The translations under genes and the position numbers were made by a program. From Ginglymostoma cirratum (Eukaryota): a DNA stretch of 64,000 bases. Position 1 is the stretch's first letter; the number at the start of each line of letters is the position of its first letter. The stretch lies in contig JAHRHZ010000144.1 in NCBI GenBank assembly GCA_024137785.1, positions 80,299,606 through 80,363,605 on the forward strand. Direction: 5' to 3'. Below the pieces are notes generated by a model. That model saw nothing but the letters and a program-made list of their open reading frames with translations. It searched no databases and had not been told where the DNA came from. This document shows positions 40,251 to 54,867 of the stretch, one piece after another.

Positions 40251-43200
40251 TAGAGTATTTTGGAGCATTAACTAATCCACTTGCCAGCCAATCAGCCTAA
40301 ATTTTGTATTTTTGTAGGTTGTCTTGATAAGTGCCAGATGAAAAGAGGAGATGATGCAAGGGAAAAATCAATATTTTCCCTTTTTACCTGATGGGTTGTG
40401 GGTTATTTAGAGGGACAAATATTTATATTTCCATATTACAAATAGTGTGTTAACCTATTCTGCATCTTCATCAAATGGGTTTCATTCTATAATAAATTAA
40501 TAATGTTGTGCATATTAAATTGATGGATCTTTGCATTTTGAAACCTGGTATAGACAAAGCACACATTTGGCCATATCTGGGACTTGGGAAGCATACACTT
40601 TTTTTTGTTTTACGTTGCAACCTGTGAAATAGTGGCACCAGAGGGCCAGTGAGTGCACTCTTCTCATCTGGGTTGTGATGCTCTTAAGATTGACCGTTAG
40701 TGAGTACTACATTATTTTTTAGCTGTAATTTTAAGAAAAATTTGTTCCACCTTGTTCTTCACTTTGTCAATATTTGTTGCTGTTACTTCTATAACTTCAG
40801 GTAACTGCCAGATGTGTTCGATCTTTGTGCAAGAAACTGTATAAACTTTGTTTCACAAAAATCCGTTCTTTTCCTCTCTAATTCCTCAATCCTGAGGTTT
40901 TAAGTGCCACTCCCAGATTTGTAGACTTAATGCGCTTTTTCATGCCTCTTGAGCTCATCTGAATAGGAAGACAGTAATTTTGGGCAGTGTGCAGTTTCCC
41001 TTTAATCCCCTTTAACCCCCTCATTTTCCTCCAACTCCCCTCCAGTGTCTAACCTATTTCTATTCTCATAATCTTTGTTGTCTTTATTTTATTATTAGTA
41101 TTCTGACCAGTAATTCTAATTCTTCCTCTTCTTTCACATTTGGAAGTTTCAGGATCACTGCCCAACATTCCTCCTTCATGTATTCCCACTATATTGCAAT
41201 TCAGCTCTAGACATACAGGATCCTATTTGAATTAATTGTTTTACAAGAGCTTAGCTTGGACTCTTAAATTGGAATCAATAAATATTGAAATTATTGAGAC
41301 TTTATTTTAACTGAAAAGTGCATCAGATTTTAGCTTGGTCTCAGTTCTCAGCTTTCATAGTATTTGACACTCGACTTTACGCTTGAACCTTTGTAAAGGA
41401 CCAAAGTCCTATTCAAAATGTCTGCATAAACTGTAATTGGGAAGTGCTGTTTCCAGTTGTGAGCTTTGTATGCTAATTATGCAATCTATATAAACACAAA
41501 GTGCAGCTGGGAATGCTTTGTTGCTGTGAGACTGGATAGTATTAATGAAAACACTTTCTAACCTTCCTGAATTTTTTAGAAGTCCCTTTGTACTTTTAAT
41601 GTCTTTTTTTCTGATATGAGCTTCAGAGAAGAGTATTACTCATTGGTTAGCTATTTAATCTGATATTTTGATGTGATCCTTGTTTTTATCTAAGAGACTT
41701 GCTTAAGGATTCATCATAGCATTGCTCATGTTCAGTTGTTGTGTGGTAGGTACAAAAGAGTGACTGAAGACAAGAGAAGCCTCTTGTCTAATATTTTGAC
41801 TAGCATTCACAGTTAGAACCAAGTATTGGTGTGTATGAGGTTTCATTTTAGTGAAGTCTATAAATAAGAGAATTTAGTCTTGAATGTTTTCTGCTTGCTG
41901 AAATTGATAATGGAATATAGTTATGTTTTCTAATTAAAGAAGGTGTTCGTCTTATTGTTGTAAAGGAAATATCTCCATGTTTGTTTCTGTTCTCATCACC
42001 TGTTTTCAGATCGTTTGCAAAAGGCGTCATAGAAGCAATAGGTAACAGGCAGCAGTAATAGCATATGAAAGCAAAGTCCTATAGAAACTCAGCAGGTCTC
42101 GGAATGAACGAAGAGTCACTGGACTCAAAATATTAACTCTGCATCTGTTGAGCATGAAAAACAGCCTGTGGAGTTTCTCCTATACTTCTGGTTTTGTTTT
42201 TATTTTGGATTTTCAGCATCCACAATTCTGGTGTTTTAATTTAGCCGGTATGGCATATTTTGTACTTGAATGTATATGTGAAATTGAAGCAGGAGAAAAT
42301 TTGCAGGTGGCTGTTTTAAGTAGCAGTTGTGAAGTAAAAACTATTCATTGCATGTTTGTATCATTTTTCACTCTGCGCAAGACAAAACCATTGCGAATCC
42401 ATTGCTTTTTTTAAGATATATCTGTCCATCTGGCTGATGGCATTCACATGCTCAGAAGACACTTTCCTATCTGGCATTAGTTTAACTGCAGTTACACAAT
42501 ACTGCATTTAGGCACTTCTTCTGATTCTGTCGATGATGGGTTAATCCTGCCTTCAAATGATATTCTCTGGCTTCCTCTTGTTGGATAATATCAAGTCCCT
42601 GCACCAGTCATGGCAACTCCAGGTAGAAATGCAGATGTTTACAGGCCAAATATTATCTCTCGAGCTATTTTAAATAAATTGCTTTTATGGTTGTGTTTAA
42701 TGTATAGATTGTGCAGTCTTTCCTGCAACTAGGCAAAGAAGTTTTTTGGTTTATCTTTGTAATTGTATTAGAATTTCAACTGTTTTGTATATTATAGTCT
42801 GTAAGATTTTGTCCTTCACCACAGTAACTGTTGGTGGTGGTGTCCAAGGCTAACCTACCTTGTGTCAAAAGAATTAAATATTACATTTAGTTAAACAAAT
42901 CTATTCTGTTGTGTTAGAATTACTCTTTAAATAAAGGGAAAAAATTATAGCCATTGGCACCTGTAATAGGAAGAATCCACCATGAACTAGTGTGCGTTCA
43001 ATGGAGCCCAGTGCCAGCAACCAGCTGTTGGATGAAATTGACAGAGCATGCAGAAATAAATAATGAGGTTGTTTCAGTCTGTTGTCTTAACTGGTCGGAT
43101 AGTGCCTCTATGACAGAATAACTGAAATGGCTGTGGTCTGCTTGGAAGATTGTCAAGCCTTGGCTTAGACTCAAACACAACAGAATAACCTTGCAATTGG

Positions 43201-44376
43201 TAAATAACATTAAAATTTACAGTGGCCATTGTTTCTTGTTAATCATACTAGAGGCACTGATTTGGGATTTAAAATTTTTTTTTAGTTTATCCAGTTAAAA
43301 TCTTTTAAATTTACTTCAGGAGATGATGACATGATTATTTTAAATATTAGGGCATTAAACATCTAGTCGCATATTTTTCCTGTCTCTTTTTTTTGTGTGT
43401 ACCCTTCATGCTCGCTGTAGTTTTTTTTTTTCCCCCTCTCCCCGGTTGGTTGGGAGACGTTATGGAGCAATGCTTTGAAACTCGACAGCAGCAGCTGTTT
43501 TTTGTGAAAATGGAATCAGATAACAGAGAGCACACACCGCAATTTGAGCCTGAAGAATGAAATTAGCACTGATCTGAGCACAGTCTAAGTCACACTGATA
43601 TAGCATATAGAACATGATACATTGATTGCCCATGTTATGTGCCAAGAATAATATGATTTGCTGCTGAAATGAATGAGAGGTGATTTCAGAAGTGAGACAT
43701 GCATTTCTAAAATTTGGGCATTGGAAATAAAACTTTTTGAATTGTCTCAAGGAAATGCACATATGCTCTTTTAAATTTTGGAATAAGACTTATTGGAAAA
43801 GTATGTCATACTTGTCAGTGGTTGGACAAGCTAATGAGATCACTTCTGAAATAAATTAATAGTTTTCATCAGTTTGGCTTGATTAGTTCTTTTGTGATTA
43901 CAGAGCTGCCTAATTTTCAGATGAAACTTCTGCCGTAGATGTTTTGTCCCTTTTTTGTGATTATGTGCATTGGTTAGAAAAGGCCTCTTTTGATGCACCA
44001 ATATGGGTGGACCTGTGAAAGTTTAAACTGTTTATTAATAGTGCAGTGTACTATGATTAGAAATTGTTTTGCCACTTTTTCTGGAAGCAAAATTTGACTA
44101 TTTGAGTGAGCAATTTTGGATGATTTTCGTGATTTATTGTAATGAGAAATTGGTTTGTTCTCTGGATGTAAAATTTGGAGCTCAGTTTTAAAGTCTGTGA
44201 ATTATGGTAACTGTTGAGACGTTAAGTGTTTCTTGATTGACCATTGTGGAACTTGTCTGTCTTCAAGAGAATAATACTTCCATCTTCCATCAGTTGAAGA
44301 TTAGAGTATCAGATTATTTGGCTGTTTTGGTTAGAAATTAATATGGGTTGCGTTCAAAGCTAACACTGAATTCTCA

Positions 44377-44507
44377 AATAGTAGGAACTGCAGATGCTGG
44401 AGAATCTGAGATAACAAGGTGTAGAGCTGGATGAACACAGCAGGCCAAGCAGCATCATAGGAGTAGGAAGGCTTACGTTTCGGGCCTAGACCCTTCTTCG
44501 GAAAAAA
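44377..44507 (-). mobile_element. Family A half element
   Basis: 12-bp TSD actgaattctca (44365-44376, 44508-44519); the - strand reads ccgaagaagggtctaggcccgaaacgta. Confidence 0.88.
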
Positions 44508-44709
44508 ACTGAATTCTCAGGCACTTTTGATGCCATGACTCCTATTGGTAGAAGTTGGTGTGTTGTGACTTGGCAGACTTGCAAATTTGTAGTTGCATGC
44601 AGATATAGTCAACAGAGGAATTTAGATAACCAAAGAAATTTTAAGCTGATCCTGAGCTGTAGGGACTTGGTGTAACTTTAGCAATTGAGAAATCAACTGT
44701 GCTCATCAC

Positions 44710-45600
44710 AGAGTACTTAAGGGAGTAGCTCTAGAAATAGTGGATGCATTGGTGGTCATCTTCCAGGATTCTATAGACTCTGGAACAGTCTCTGCAAATT
44801 GGAGGGTGGCTAATGTTACTTCAGTATTCAAAAAGGGAGGTAGGGAGAAAACAGTAAATTGCAGACCGGTGACCATAACATCAGTAGTGGGGAAAATTCT
44901 TGAATCCATTATCAAGGATTTTATAGCAGAGCATTTAGAAAGCAGTGGCAGGATCAGACAGGGTCAGCATGGATTTATGAAGGGGAAATCATGCTTGACA
45001 AATCTGTTGGAATTCTATGAAGATGTAACTTGTAGAGTGACAAGGGGAGACCAGTCAGAGTCCTGCATAAAAGATTATTGTGCAAGATTAAAGCGCATGG
45101 GATTGGGGGAAAGCCTATTGAGGTGAATAGGAAACTGGTTGGCAGAGAGGAAACAAAGAGTAGGAATTAATAGGTCCTTTTCAAATTGGCAGGCAGTAAC
45201 TAGTGGGATGCCACAGGGATTGGTGCTGGGACCCCAGCTATTCTCAATATATATTAATGATTTGGATGAGGGAACAAAATGTAACCTCTCCATATTTGCA
45301 GATGATACTAAGTTGGGTGGGAAGGTGAGCTGTGACGAGGATGCCGAGATCCTTCAGCATGATCTGGGCAAGTTGGGTGAGTGGGCAAATCAGTGGTAGA
45401 TGCAGTATAATTTGGGTAAATGTGAGGTTATTCACTTTGGAAGTAAAATCAAGAAGGCAGATTACTACCTGAATGGCTGTAAATTGGGAGAGGGGAGTGT
45501 GTAGCAGGACCTGGGTGCCCTTGTTCATGAGTCGCTAAAGGTAGGCTTGCAGGTGCAACAGGTGGTAAGAAAGCAAATGGTATGTTGGCCTTCATTGCCT
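44710..45600 (+). mobile_element. CR1 RT fragment
   Basis: NWRVANVTSVFKKG, QHGFMKGKSCLTNLLEF, PQGLVLGPQLFSIYINDL, FADDTKLGG. Confidence 0.92.
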
Positions 45601-46679
45601 TCATTGGTTCTTAAGTCTGTTTGTATCGCAGTTGATTATTGGTCTGATCAGTTGCGTCACTGTCAAAACTTTCGAACTAACCAAGCTGGCACTAAGTAAT
45701 GAAATTAGTGAGGCTTATTCAATGCTGACTATTGCTTGTGATGCTTCTCAAACAGCCAAAACTATGATGATCTGTGAAATTTGATACTAAACATGTTGCT
45801 CCTCAGGCAGCATGTGATTCAAAAATATTCATTGGTCTGGCAAAAATTGCGGGATTGAATTTCAAAGATGAAGCATTCCAAAATATTTGCTTCTTAAAAT
45901 AAAACATTGTTTTTTTTTTTAACTTTTGAAATTGTAGATATCTTCAAAATAATCCAGAAGTGTTTGCAAGTACTTGCAGGGAATGTTGCTACTTTATTGC
46001 TTAGTACATATAATGTTACAATTTTATGTGGTATAAATTTAGGCAGACTTTTTTTAACCTCTGCAAAGTCTGACTTTTGAGTAGTGGATTTTAGGCTATA
46101 CATAGGGTGTTATTAGTGTTGCTGTTATCAGTAGTGGAAAGAAGGATTTGGCATCTCCCAAATGTTTTTTATAATATCCTGTTGTTACATGTGTCTTCTT
46201 TGCTGGTATTAAATAAAACAGCACTTTAAAAATAAAGTGCATTGACCTATGGAGGATGCCACTAACAACAGATTGAAGGGAAATGTGTTGCAGAAAAGCT
46301 TGAATATGCCCAGAAGAGGGTAGGCAACAACAGCAAGACACTTGGAATGGTCTTGGCCTGCTTCGTTGTGAACAGGTTTAATTTCTTTGTGCATCCTTTC
46401 AGGCCAATAAAGCAAGCTTGTGCCTGCTATTATATGTGCATCTTCCCTGGAAACCACCCATGAAACGCATTTCCACATTCCCTCAGACGTCAGGATGGCT
46501 TCATGAGGTGGTTCATTATAACTAGATAACTAACCAGATGCTGGAATGGATTTGCCTTTGAGACAGTCTGCAGTTGATTTGTTGTTGGTAGCACTGAAAC
46601 TGAGAAATTTTTTTGACGGTTAAGGTATCGAGGGTACAGTGACTGAATGTGATCTAATTGGCGGATCATGTCTGAGGCG

Positions 46680-46706
46680 CGGCCCTGGCCCTGGCCCTGG
46701 CCCTGG
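46680..46706. repeat. (GGCCCT)n short tandem repeat, ~4 units
   Basis: ggccctggccctggccctggccctgg. Confidence 0.85.
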
Positions 46707-48149
46707 AAGGGTGTTTTGGAATCTGTGAGCTGGACTACCAATATGCAGGATTTTTTTTATTACCAACCTGTTTGGATGAGTTATGACATGCATCCCTGGC
46801 CATCACATCCTGACATGGAACTTGAAGGTATGATACTACCACTGTGTCACAGGCACACCCAACCATCTTCCCAAATGTACTTATATATGACCTAGAGAGG
46901 CTTTTTGGAAGCTCTGTGTAAGTGTTCAATGAAGTAACAAGCACTTTTTGACTCGCCACAACAGACACCTCTTTCATACCAGCTCACCTGAGTGCAAAGA
47001 ATTAGGTTGAAATTAAATAAACTAATTTCAGCAGCCCTTTTGTGGCACAGTGATAGTGTCCCAACTCTGGACTGGGAGACTTAAGTTCAAATCCCACCTG
47101 TTCCATATGTGTATAATGACATCAATGAACAGGTTGATTAGAAAAATAGGTAAAGTTGGAGGAAGCATCCTCATTCCATAATTAATTAAAAGGAATTAAT
47201 TTTGTTGTGCTGTCCAATTCTTCCACCTATAGCACAGTAACAGAAGTAAAATAAATATAATCAAATGCTTCAGGTTGTAGAAATCATTGAAAACGTCAAA
47301 TATATATCTTTAATATGATTACTTCAAATCTGGCTGTGCAAGAATTGGAGTTGTCTGAAACCTGGACACTTTTTTTTCTTGCATAAATTTTAGTTGAGTA
47401 ACATTTAACATTTAACTCAGTTGGCCAGGTCAATTTATTTTGTTGTTCTCTTGTCCTATCCAAACAATGTTTGACCCCCACCTAATCCAACTTGACCTAA
47501 CCCATCCTTTGCAAATCTGGCCATATCTGAAATTTGGTGTGGCCTTGGTCTTGAGATTGCCAGATTTGAAGTACTGTACCTGCAGTAACATTTTCCAGTT
47601 TTGCTGTGTTTAAAATAAGTGCTTGCTTGAATCAAATGGTCATTTATCTAATTGTTTGTTCAACTGTTCTATCCCTTTTTTAATCCAAGCCAGATAAACT
47701 TCACCTTTGCTTGGGTTGGAATCCGTTTGCCACAGTGGCCTGTTCAATAAATGTAGTTAATATCTTGTCCTTTTTACACTTCCTTCTATACTGCTTACCA
47801 CATTGCTTAAGCTTGGATAAGTGGCTTTCTATCTTGTCATTGAAGCTTTTTAAAAAAAAAAAAAAGTTTTGGAGGCTGTAACATCAATCTTAACAGGTTG
47901 CCACTTGTCATATATCTGGAGTACGAGTCGTTATCTCTACCCTTGTCTCCAGCCAACTTGCAAGTCACCTAAACGAATTGTTATTGCCTTTAGTTCCACT
48001 TTAACTTTAGTTAGCAGTCACCTAAGAGAAACTTCTGTCAAATGTATTCTTGCTATAGGTATCATCTTTAGCCATTCGTTTGTCTATCACTTCAGTCAAT
48101 GCTCCCAAAAATTCAGTTGTATTCAATCAATCTTGACCTCACTTCACAA

Positions 48150-49050
48150 AGCATAGAAACAGACTTTTGGTCCAACTCAACCATGCCCACCATGTTTCCC
48201 AAACTAAAACTAGTTCCACTTGCCTGTGTCTGGCCTGTTTTCATCTAAACCTTTCCTATTCATGTACCAATCCAGATGTCTTCCAAATATTGTAACTTTA
48301 CATGCGTCTACTACTTCCTCTGGCAGTTCATTCTACATATGATCCACCCGCTGGAAAAAGTTGCCCCTCAGGCCTCTTTTTAAATCTTTTGCCTCTCACC
48401 TTAAAAGTATGCCCCCTAGTTTAGAAATCCCCCACCGTAGGGAAAAGATCTTTTGCTGTTCATCTTAACTATGCCCCTCATGATTTTATAACCCTGAAGG
48501 ACAACTCTCTACCTCCCTACGCTCCAGTGGAAAAAAATCCCAGCCTATCCAACCTCTCTTTCATAACATAAATCTTTCCCAGCAACATCCTGGTAAATGA
48601 TTTCTGAAAAATCTTTTTAAGCACCTTGTCTACTAATGACGCAAGTTTCAAAGAATTATATACCTGAACTCCTATTTCCCTCTGTTTGGCAACATTACTC
48701 AGGGCTGTAACATTGATTGTATAAGCCACGCTCTTGTTTATTTTGCCAAAATGCATTACCTTGGATTACCATGGCCCAATTTATCAAGATCCCTTTTTAA
48801 TCTTAAGATATTTTCTTTTACTGTCCACTATACCACCAATTTTGGTGTCATTTGCAAACTTAATAACCATGCCTCCAATTTTTCGTTCAAATTGTTTATA
48901 TAAATGACAAAAGGCAATGGATTCAGCAGTGATCCCTGCGGAATATTGCTGGTCACAGGCCTCCAGCCCGAAAAACAACCCTCCACCATCCCCTGTCTCC
49001 AACCGTCAAGCCAATTTTTTACATAATTGGCAAGCTCTCCCTGAATCCTA
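48150..49050 (-). mobile_element. CR1 RT fragment with internal deletions
   Basis: KFANDTKIGG, MHFGK and KSFTRML motifs. Confidence 0.82.
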
Positions 49051-49849
49051 TGTAATCTATGATGTGGAACTTCATAACCCAGGGCACACCACCTGGTTTC
49101 ATGATTATAAGTGAAATTCCAGGAGCAGTACCAAATATATCTGAAACTGAGGTTGCTTCACTTGTGCCAGTGTTAGAGAAAGCTGAAGCGTTTGAATAAT
49201 CAGAATCAGAAATAACGGGTGACTGGTTCAGTTTAGCCTCTCTCAGATCCTTGTTCTGAAGGATACCAGTTTTTCCAGTGCCTTTAGCGTTTGTATTGAT
49301 GCCACTAATGGCCATTGAAGGCTCCCAGCAAAAGTACATCTTGAAAACATTGGAAATTTTTAAAATTTTGGGTGGTTTCCATGTCTATATTTGACTGGAT
49401 GCCTTGAGACTTCATAAGGTTTGATGTCAATGTTGAGGACTCCTAGTGAAACTCACACCTAATTATCACCAATTTTTTTTTTTTGGTCTGCCTAACTGGG
49501 TTCACCTTGAGCATCGATAGGGATGGTGATGGAACTGAATGGGGTATCAGCTGTGGGTATGTTTTGGCTTTCAGCTGTCATTTTTAGTCTATGGTATGGT
49601 TTCTCCCAATTTTGGAATAAATCCTCAGATGTGAGGAGGATTTTGTATTTCTGGTGCCTGCGTTAGCTGGATGAAATATCTATTTAGTAACTTCCTAGTT
49701 TTAATTCGGACCTTTTTTTAAAAAAAAAAGGCACAAATCACATCCTCTGACCTAATCTGGAGACATTGACATGAATGACTATGCAGGCTGCCTTTTACAC
49801 ATAATTATTGTCAACCTTTTTCCTTTGATCACTCTGGGATGTGGGCTAA

Positions 49850-50560
49850 ATACGAATGTGCTGACTGGGTTTCTATGCCTTTCCACCCAGTTGTAGCCAG
49901 GGAATCCCCTGCAATTGACTGCTTCTTGCACCGTTATTTCTGCTGGTCCCATGGATCTGTCCTTTTTATATTTCTCATCTAGTTGCTGTTCTATGACATC
50001 ATCTTGTCTGTTTCCACCTAACTAACTGCCATGTTCTTGAGTACCACACTAAGTTCAGAATGTTTGTCTGATATCCAGAACTGGTTGAGCATAAATTTTG
50101 TCCAACTAAATACTGGATGAGTTGTCTTTGGCTTCCAAGTATAATCTTCACCTCCAGGATCCCACTCCATCTCTTTTACCTTGGGTGACATGGAGCTATC
50201 TTACACCTCAAGATGCCTTAATATGGGAAATACATCCTTATTTAAGTGCATTTTCATTGTTTGTTTGTTTGTTTGTTTGTTTTTTTTCCTGTTTTGGTGT
50301 TGCTTATAAATTAAGCAAGTTTCCTGAGTAGCACAGTCTCCATTTTGATGTTAATGTGGTCATATGCTTATTCATCAGCTCTAAAACAAGCTGCTGCTTT
50401 AACATGCCACCTCTCTCACTTAACGCTTTCTTTTTCAATATTCTGAGTTGCCAACTCACTTACTCTGCCCTCCTCACCCCTCATCACTACTCTCATCTCT
50501 TCAACAACTTGCCATGCCCTCCACTGAACTCTTGCTACTTCCTGTTCACTTCCTTGCACT
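49850..50560 (+). mobile_element. Old L2-like LINE remnant
   Basis: CLSDIQNWLSINFVQLN (L2 RT C-terminal motif) near 50060-50110. Similar remnants near 5020-5260, 9000-9490, 11225-11520 and 51160-51480. Confidence 0.5.
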
Positions 50561-52470
50561 TGAGCTGTTGCTCTCTTCCTCACATTGGGGCAGTAAAGTG
50601 GGAAGTGAGTGGGAGAGGGGTAGGGCTAAGGATCAGTGAGCAGTAGGGTGAGGGAAATGAGGTAACAAGCTGGAAAGTCAGAGACGAATTAGCAAGTGAA
50701 TGTTTTTGTTAGGTTCAAGAAAAGCTGATAGAACTTTAATGTAACAATAACATGTCAGATACTTATCCCACCCTCGCTACATGCTTGCTTAAGAGAAATT
50801 GACTTTCATCTAGTACACCACTTTTGAGGGTTTCTTTCGGACCGTAAGGAATGCCAAGCCAGGGTTTACTGCACGTAAATGTAGATTGCTTTTTCTGTTC
50901 TCTCTCTTGTGGTTTTGGCTGCTTGTATGGTAATGTATTCTGTACTTTGAGTATATTTTGTCCTCGTCCCTCTCTCCACTTCTAGTAATAACTTTAAATT
51001 GGTTGGTTTGCTTCAGTTAAAGCTCCCAATCACTAACTCACTCAATGTTCCTGATTTATTAAACATTGTCGAGGTGGTTCTTTTATCGATGACTTTTTAT
51101 TGTTGTGGAACAAAAGTTCATTAACTCCAGCTCAAAACTGAATCTTCTTACACATTTTAATTTTCCTGTCAAGGTGCTTCACAAGACTGTTATTGGACAG
51201 AATTTGACAGCAAGCTGTGAGAGAAGAGATTAGGACAGTTGACCAAAAGCTGGAAGTAGATTTCAGGAGTGTTTAAAGATAAAAAGATCGCTAAGGAAGG
51301 GAATTCCAGTTGGTAGAAACCAATAAGCTCAAGGCATTATTGTCAATGATGCTGCAATTAAATTCAGGACTGAGCAAGACCAGAATTAGCAAAATGCACA
51401 AATCTGAGGAGTTTGTGATCTGGAGAGAGGAGGAGGCGTGGAAGGATTTGCCAACATGGATAGTAACATAAAACAAAGATGTATCACAACTCGAAGCCAT
51501 GATAGATCAAACAGTACAATTAAGGGACGCAGATTGGGTAGATGGGAAGAAGCATTTCCCCTGAATAGAAGGGTCAGTAACCACGGGGGCATAGATTTAA
51601 GGTTAAGGGCAGGATGTTTAAAGGGGATTTAAGGAAGAATGCTCTCACCAAGAGGGTGGTGGGTGTCTGGAGTGTACTTCCTAAAAGGGCAATAGAGGCA
51701 GGAACCCTCGGACATTTTTAGGAAGTATTTGGATGAACACTTGACTCATAACATACAAGGTTACTGACCTGACAGGTGCTCGATGACTTTTATGACACAA
51801 AATGCCTTTGGCCTGTTAACAATTATACAGGTTTGAATGACATAGGCAATTGAAAGATATATGGCACAATCGAGTGACAAGTGCGGTAAGGCTCATCTTG
51901 ACATTGGGAGCAGCTTGCAGCATGATTTTGGTTTTTCAAGCGGTATAGTGAGATTCCTGCCAGGTATCAGTGAGTTTCCAATTGACTGTGATTGTTCATA
52001 GAGTCAGAGTCCTAAAGCATGGACACAGGTTCTTCAGCCCAAACTGGTCCATGTTGACCAAAATGTCCATCCACGCTACCCCCTTTGCCTGCACTTGGCC
52101 CATGTCCTTCTAAACCTTTCCTCTGCATGTATTTTGTCCAAATGCCTTTTTAACTGTTGTTAATGTACTTGCCTCAATGTCTGTCATGGTCTTATAGAAG
52201 TGTTTAAGATCCCCACATCCAACCCCCCCCACCCCGCCCCACTCAGTGTCCTAGGCTGTAAAGAGAAAAGTCTTAGCTTGTCCAACCTTTCCCTATAATC
52301 CAGTCCCTTGAGTCTTGGCAACATCCTTGTAAATTTCTTCTGCACTCTTTACAGTTTAATAACATCCTTCCTATAGCAAGGAGACCATAACCAAACATAA
52401 TACTCCAAGTGCGGCCTCACCAATGTGCTGTAATGACTACAACATAACGTCACAACCTCTGTACTCTGTG

Positions 52471-53675
52471 TAGATGTTGGTGTGCTCACTGAGCTGGGAG
52501 GTTTGATAGCAGACGCTTTGACCCCTTACTCGGTGGCATCCTCAATGCTGTGGAGTCTCCGGTGATGTGCTGTTGCCTTGTGCTGGTTCGAATTTACGTG
52601 GTCTGGTTTTTGCTGCTTCCGGTCAGTGCCGATTCCGGCTGTGCGTTGTAATGGTTGGTATATCGGGTCTAATTCAACGTGTTCGTTGATGGAATCCGGG
52701 GGTGAATGTCAAGCCCCGGAGAATTCCCTGGCTGTCCTGTGTTTGGCTTGTCCAATGTTGTCTCATTGACAGTGTGGTTTTTTTCCTTGTGTGTATTGAA
52801 ACCAAGGACACCTGGTTGTGTCATTTAGTTGCTAGCTGGTGTTGGTGGATATGGGTTGCTAGTTGTTTACCTGTTTGTCCCGCAGTGTTTTGTGCAGTCT
52901 CTGTGTGGTATCTTGTAAACCACATTTGTCCTGTCCATGGTATCAATTGGATATTTAACCTTGGTCAGTTGTTGTCTTAGCATGGCTGCTGGTTTGTGTG
53001 CTGTCACGACTCCTAGTGGTCTGAGTAGTCTGGCTGTCAGTTCTGAGGTGTTTTTTATATATGGTATGGTTCTTATTGTTTCAGGTTTTGGTGTGTCCTG
53101 GTTGTGTTGCCTTTGGCTAGGCATCTGTTGATGAAGTTGCAGGGGTATCCATTCCTGGTAAGGACCTTGTAGAGGTGTTCTTCTTCCTTCTGTAAATCGG
53201 TCATGCTGCAGTGTGTAGTGGCCCTTTTGAACAGGGTCCGAATGCAGCTCCTCTTGTGTGAGTTGAGGTGGTTGCTGTGATAGTTTAAGACCTGGTCAGT
53301 TTGCGTGGATATTCTGTATGCTTTTGCAGTGAAGTCACCATTCTCTTTCTTTTCCACCATCACGTCCAGGAATGGGAGTTCGTTCTTTTCCTCCTCTCGT
53401 AAATTTGATCCCTGTCGGTATGGTGTCGACGAGTTGGTGGGTGTTCTCAATTTCTGTTCTTTTCATAATTACGAAAATGTCATCCACGTATCTGATCCAG
53501 AGCTTGGGTTGGATCTGTGGGAGGACTGTTTGTTCCAGTCTTTGCATGACTGCCTCAGCTATCAGTCCGGACATGGGTGAGCCCATGGGAGTCCCATTGA
53601 TCTGCTCGTATATCTTGCCGTTGAATGTAAAGTGTGTTGTTAAGCATAAGTCCAGTATTTTGAGTATGCACTGTT
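52471..53675 (-). mobile_element. Penelope-like element (RT + GIY-YIG), 5'-truncated
   Basis: FTFNGKIYEQINGTPMGSPMSGLIAEAVM, WIRYVDDIF, LPFLDVMV, TIPYIK..SE, NVVYKIP. Flanked by tgtactctgtg (52460-52470) and tgtactcagtg (53676-53686). Confidence 0.92.
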
Positions 53676-54867
53676 TGTACTCAGTGCCCTGACTGATGAA
53701 GGCCTGTGTGCCAAAAGCCACCTTTGCTACCCTGTCTGCCTGTGACTCCACTTTCGGAGAACTCTGCTCCTGAACTCCAAGGTCCACCTGTTCCACTACA
53801 CTCCTTTTTTTAAGGCACTACCAATCACCAATAAGCTCCTACTTTGATTTGACTTTGCAAAATGCAACACCTCACAGTTATCTGTATTAAACTCCTCCTT
53901 TTAGCCATTTCTCCTCCCACTTCCCCCACTGATCAAGATCCTGCTGCAATTTCTGATCAACTTCCTCACTGTTTGTGATACCCCCTATTTTAATGTCATC
54001 CATAAACCTACTAATCATGCCTTATACATTCTCATCCAAATCGTTGAAATAGATAACAAACAGCTTTGGGCCCAGCACCAACCGCTGAGGCACACCACTA
54101 ATTGCAGGCCTTTAGGCTGACAAGCATCCTTCCACTATTATTCTCTACTTCCTACCATCAAGCCAATTGTGCATCCAATTTGCCAGTTCTCACTGGATTC
54201 CATGTGGTCTGACCTTCCAGAGCAGCCTACCATGTGGAACCTCATCAAAGTTCTTACTGAAATCCATATAGTCTACGTCTACCACCCTGCCCTCAGCAAC
54301 TTTTGTGGTCACTTCATCAAAGAACTCTAACAAATTTGTGAGGCGCGATCTCTCTCACACAAAGCCATGCTGACTACTCCTAATCAAACCCTTTTTTTCA
54401 AATTACATGTATATCTTTTACTTGAGAAGATTCTCAAGTAACTTGCCTACCACAGATGTTAAGCTTACTGGTCTGTAGTTTCTGGGTTCTTCTTTGCAGC
54501 CCTTCTTAAAAAGAGCATAACATTCCCTCCCTCTGGTCTTCTGGGACCTCACCCGTGGCTAACAATGATGCAAATATATCAGCCAAGGCCCCACAATTTC
54601 TTCTCTAGCTTCTTGCAGGGTTCTTAGATATATTTGATCAGGACCAGGAGATTTATCCACCTTCATACATTCTAATACTTCCAACACCATCTCAATTGTG
54701 ATATGGACTGTCCCCAAGATATCGCCACTAACTTCCCATGTCGTCTTGGCTTCCTCCACGGTAAACACAGAGGAGAAATATTCATTGAGGACCTCACCCA
54801 TCTCTTGTGGTTCCACCCATACATGTCCAGTTTGGTCCTTGAGGGATTTTTTTTTGTTTTTGTTTTT

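Noticed and set aside
53335-53796. 153-aa RT ORF as a novel gene
   Set aside because: Junction of two dead retroelements with downstream frameshifts.
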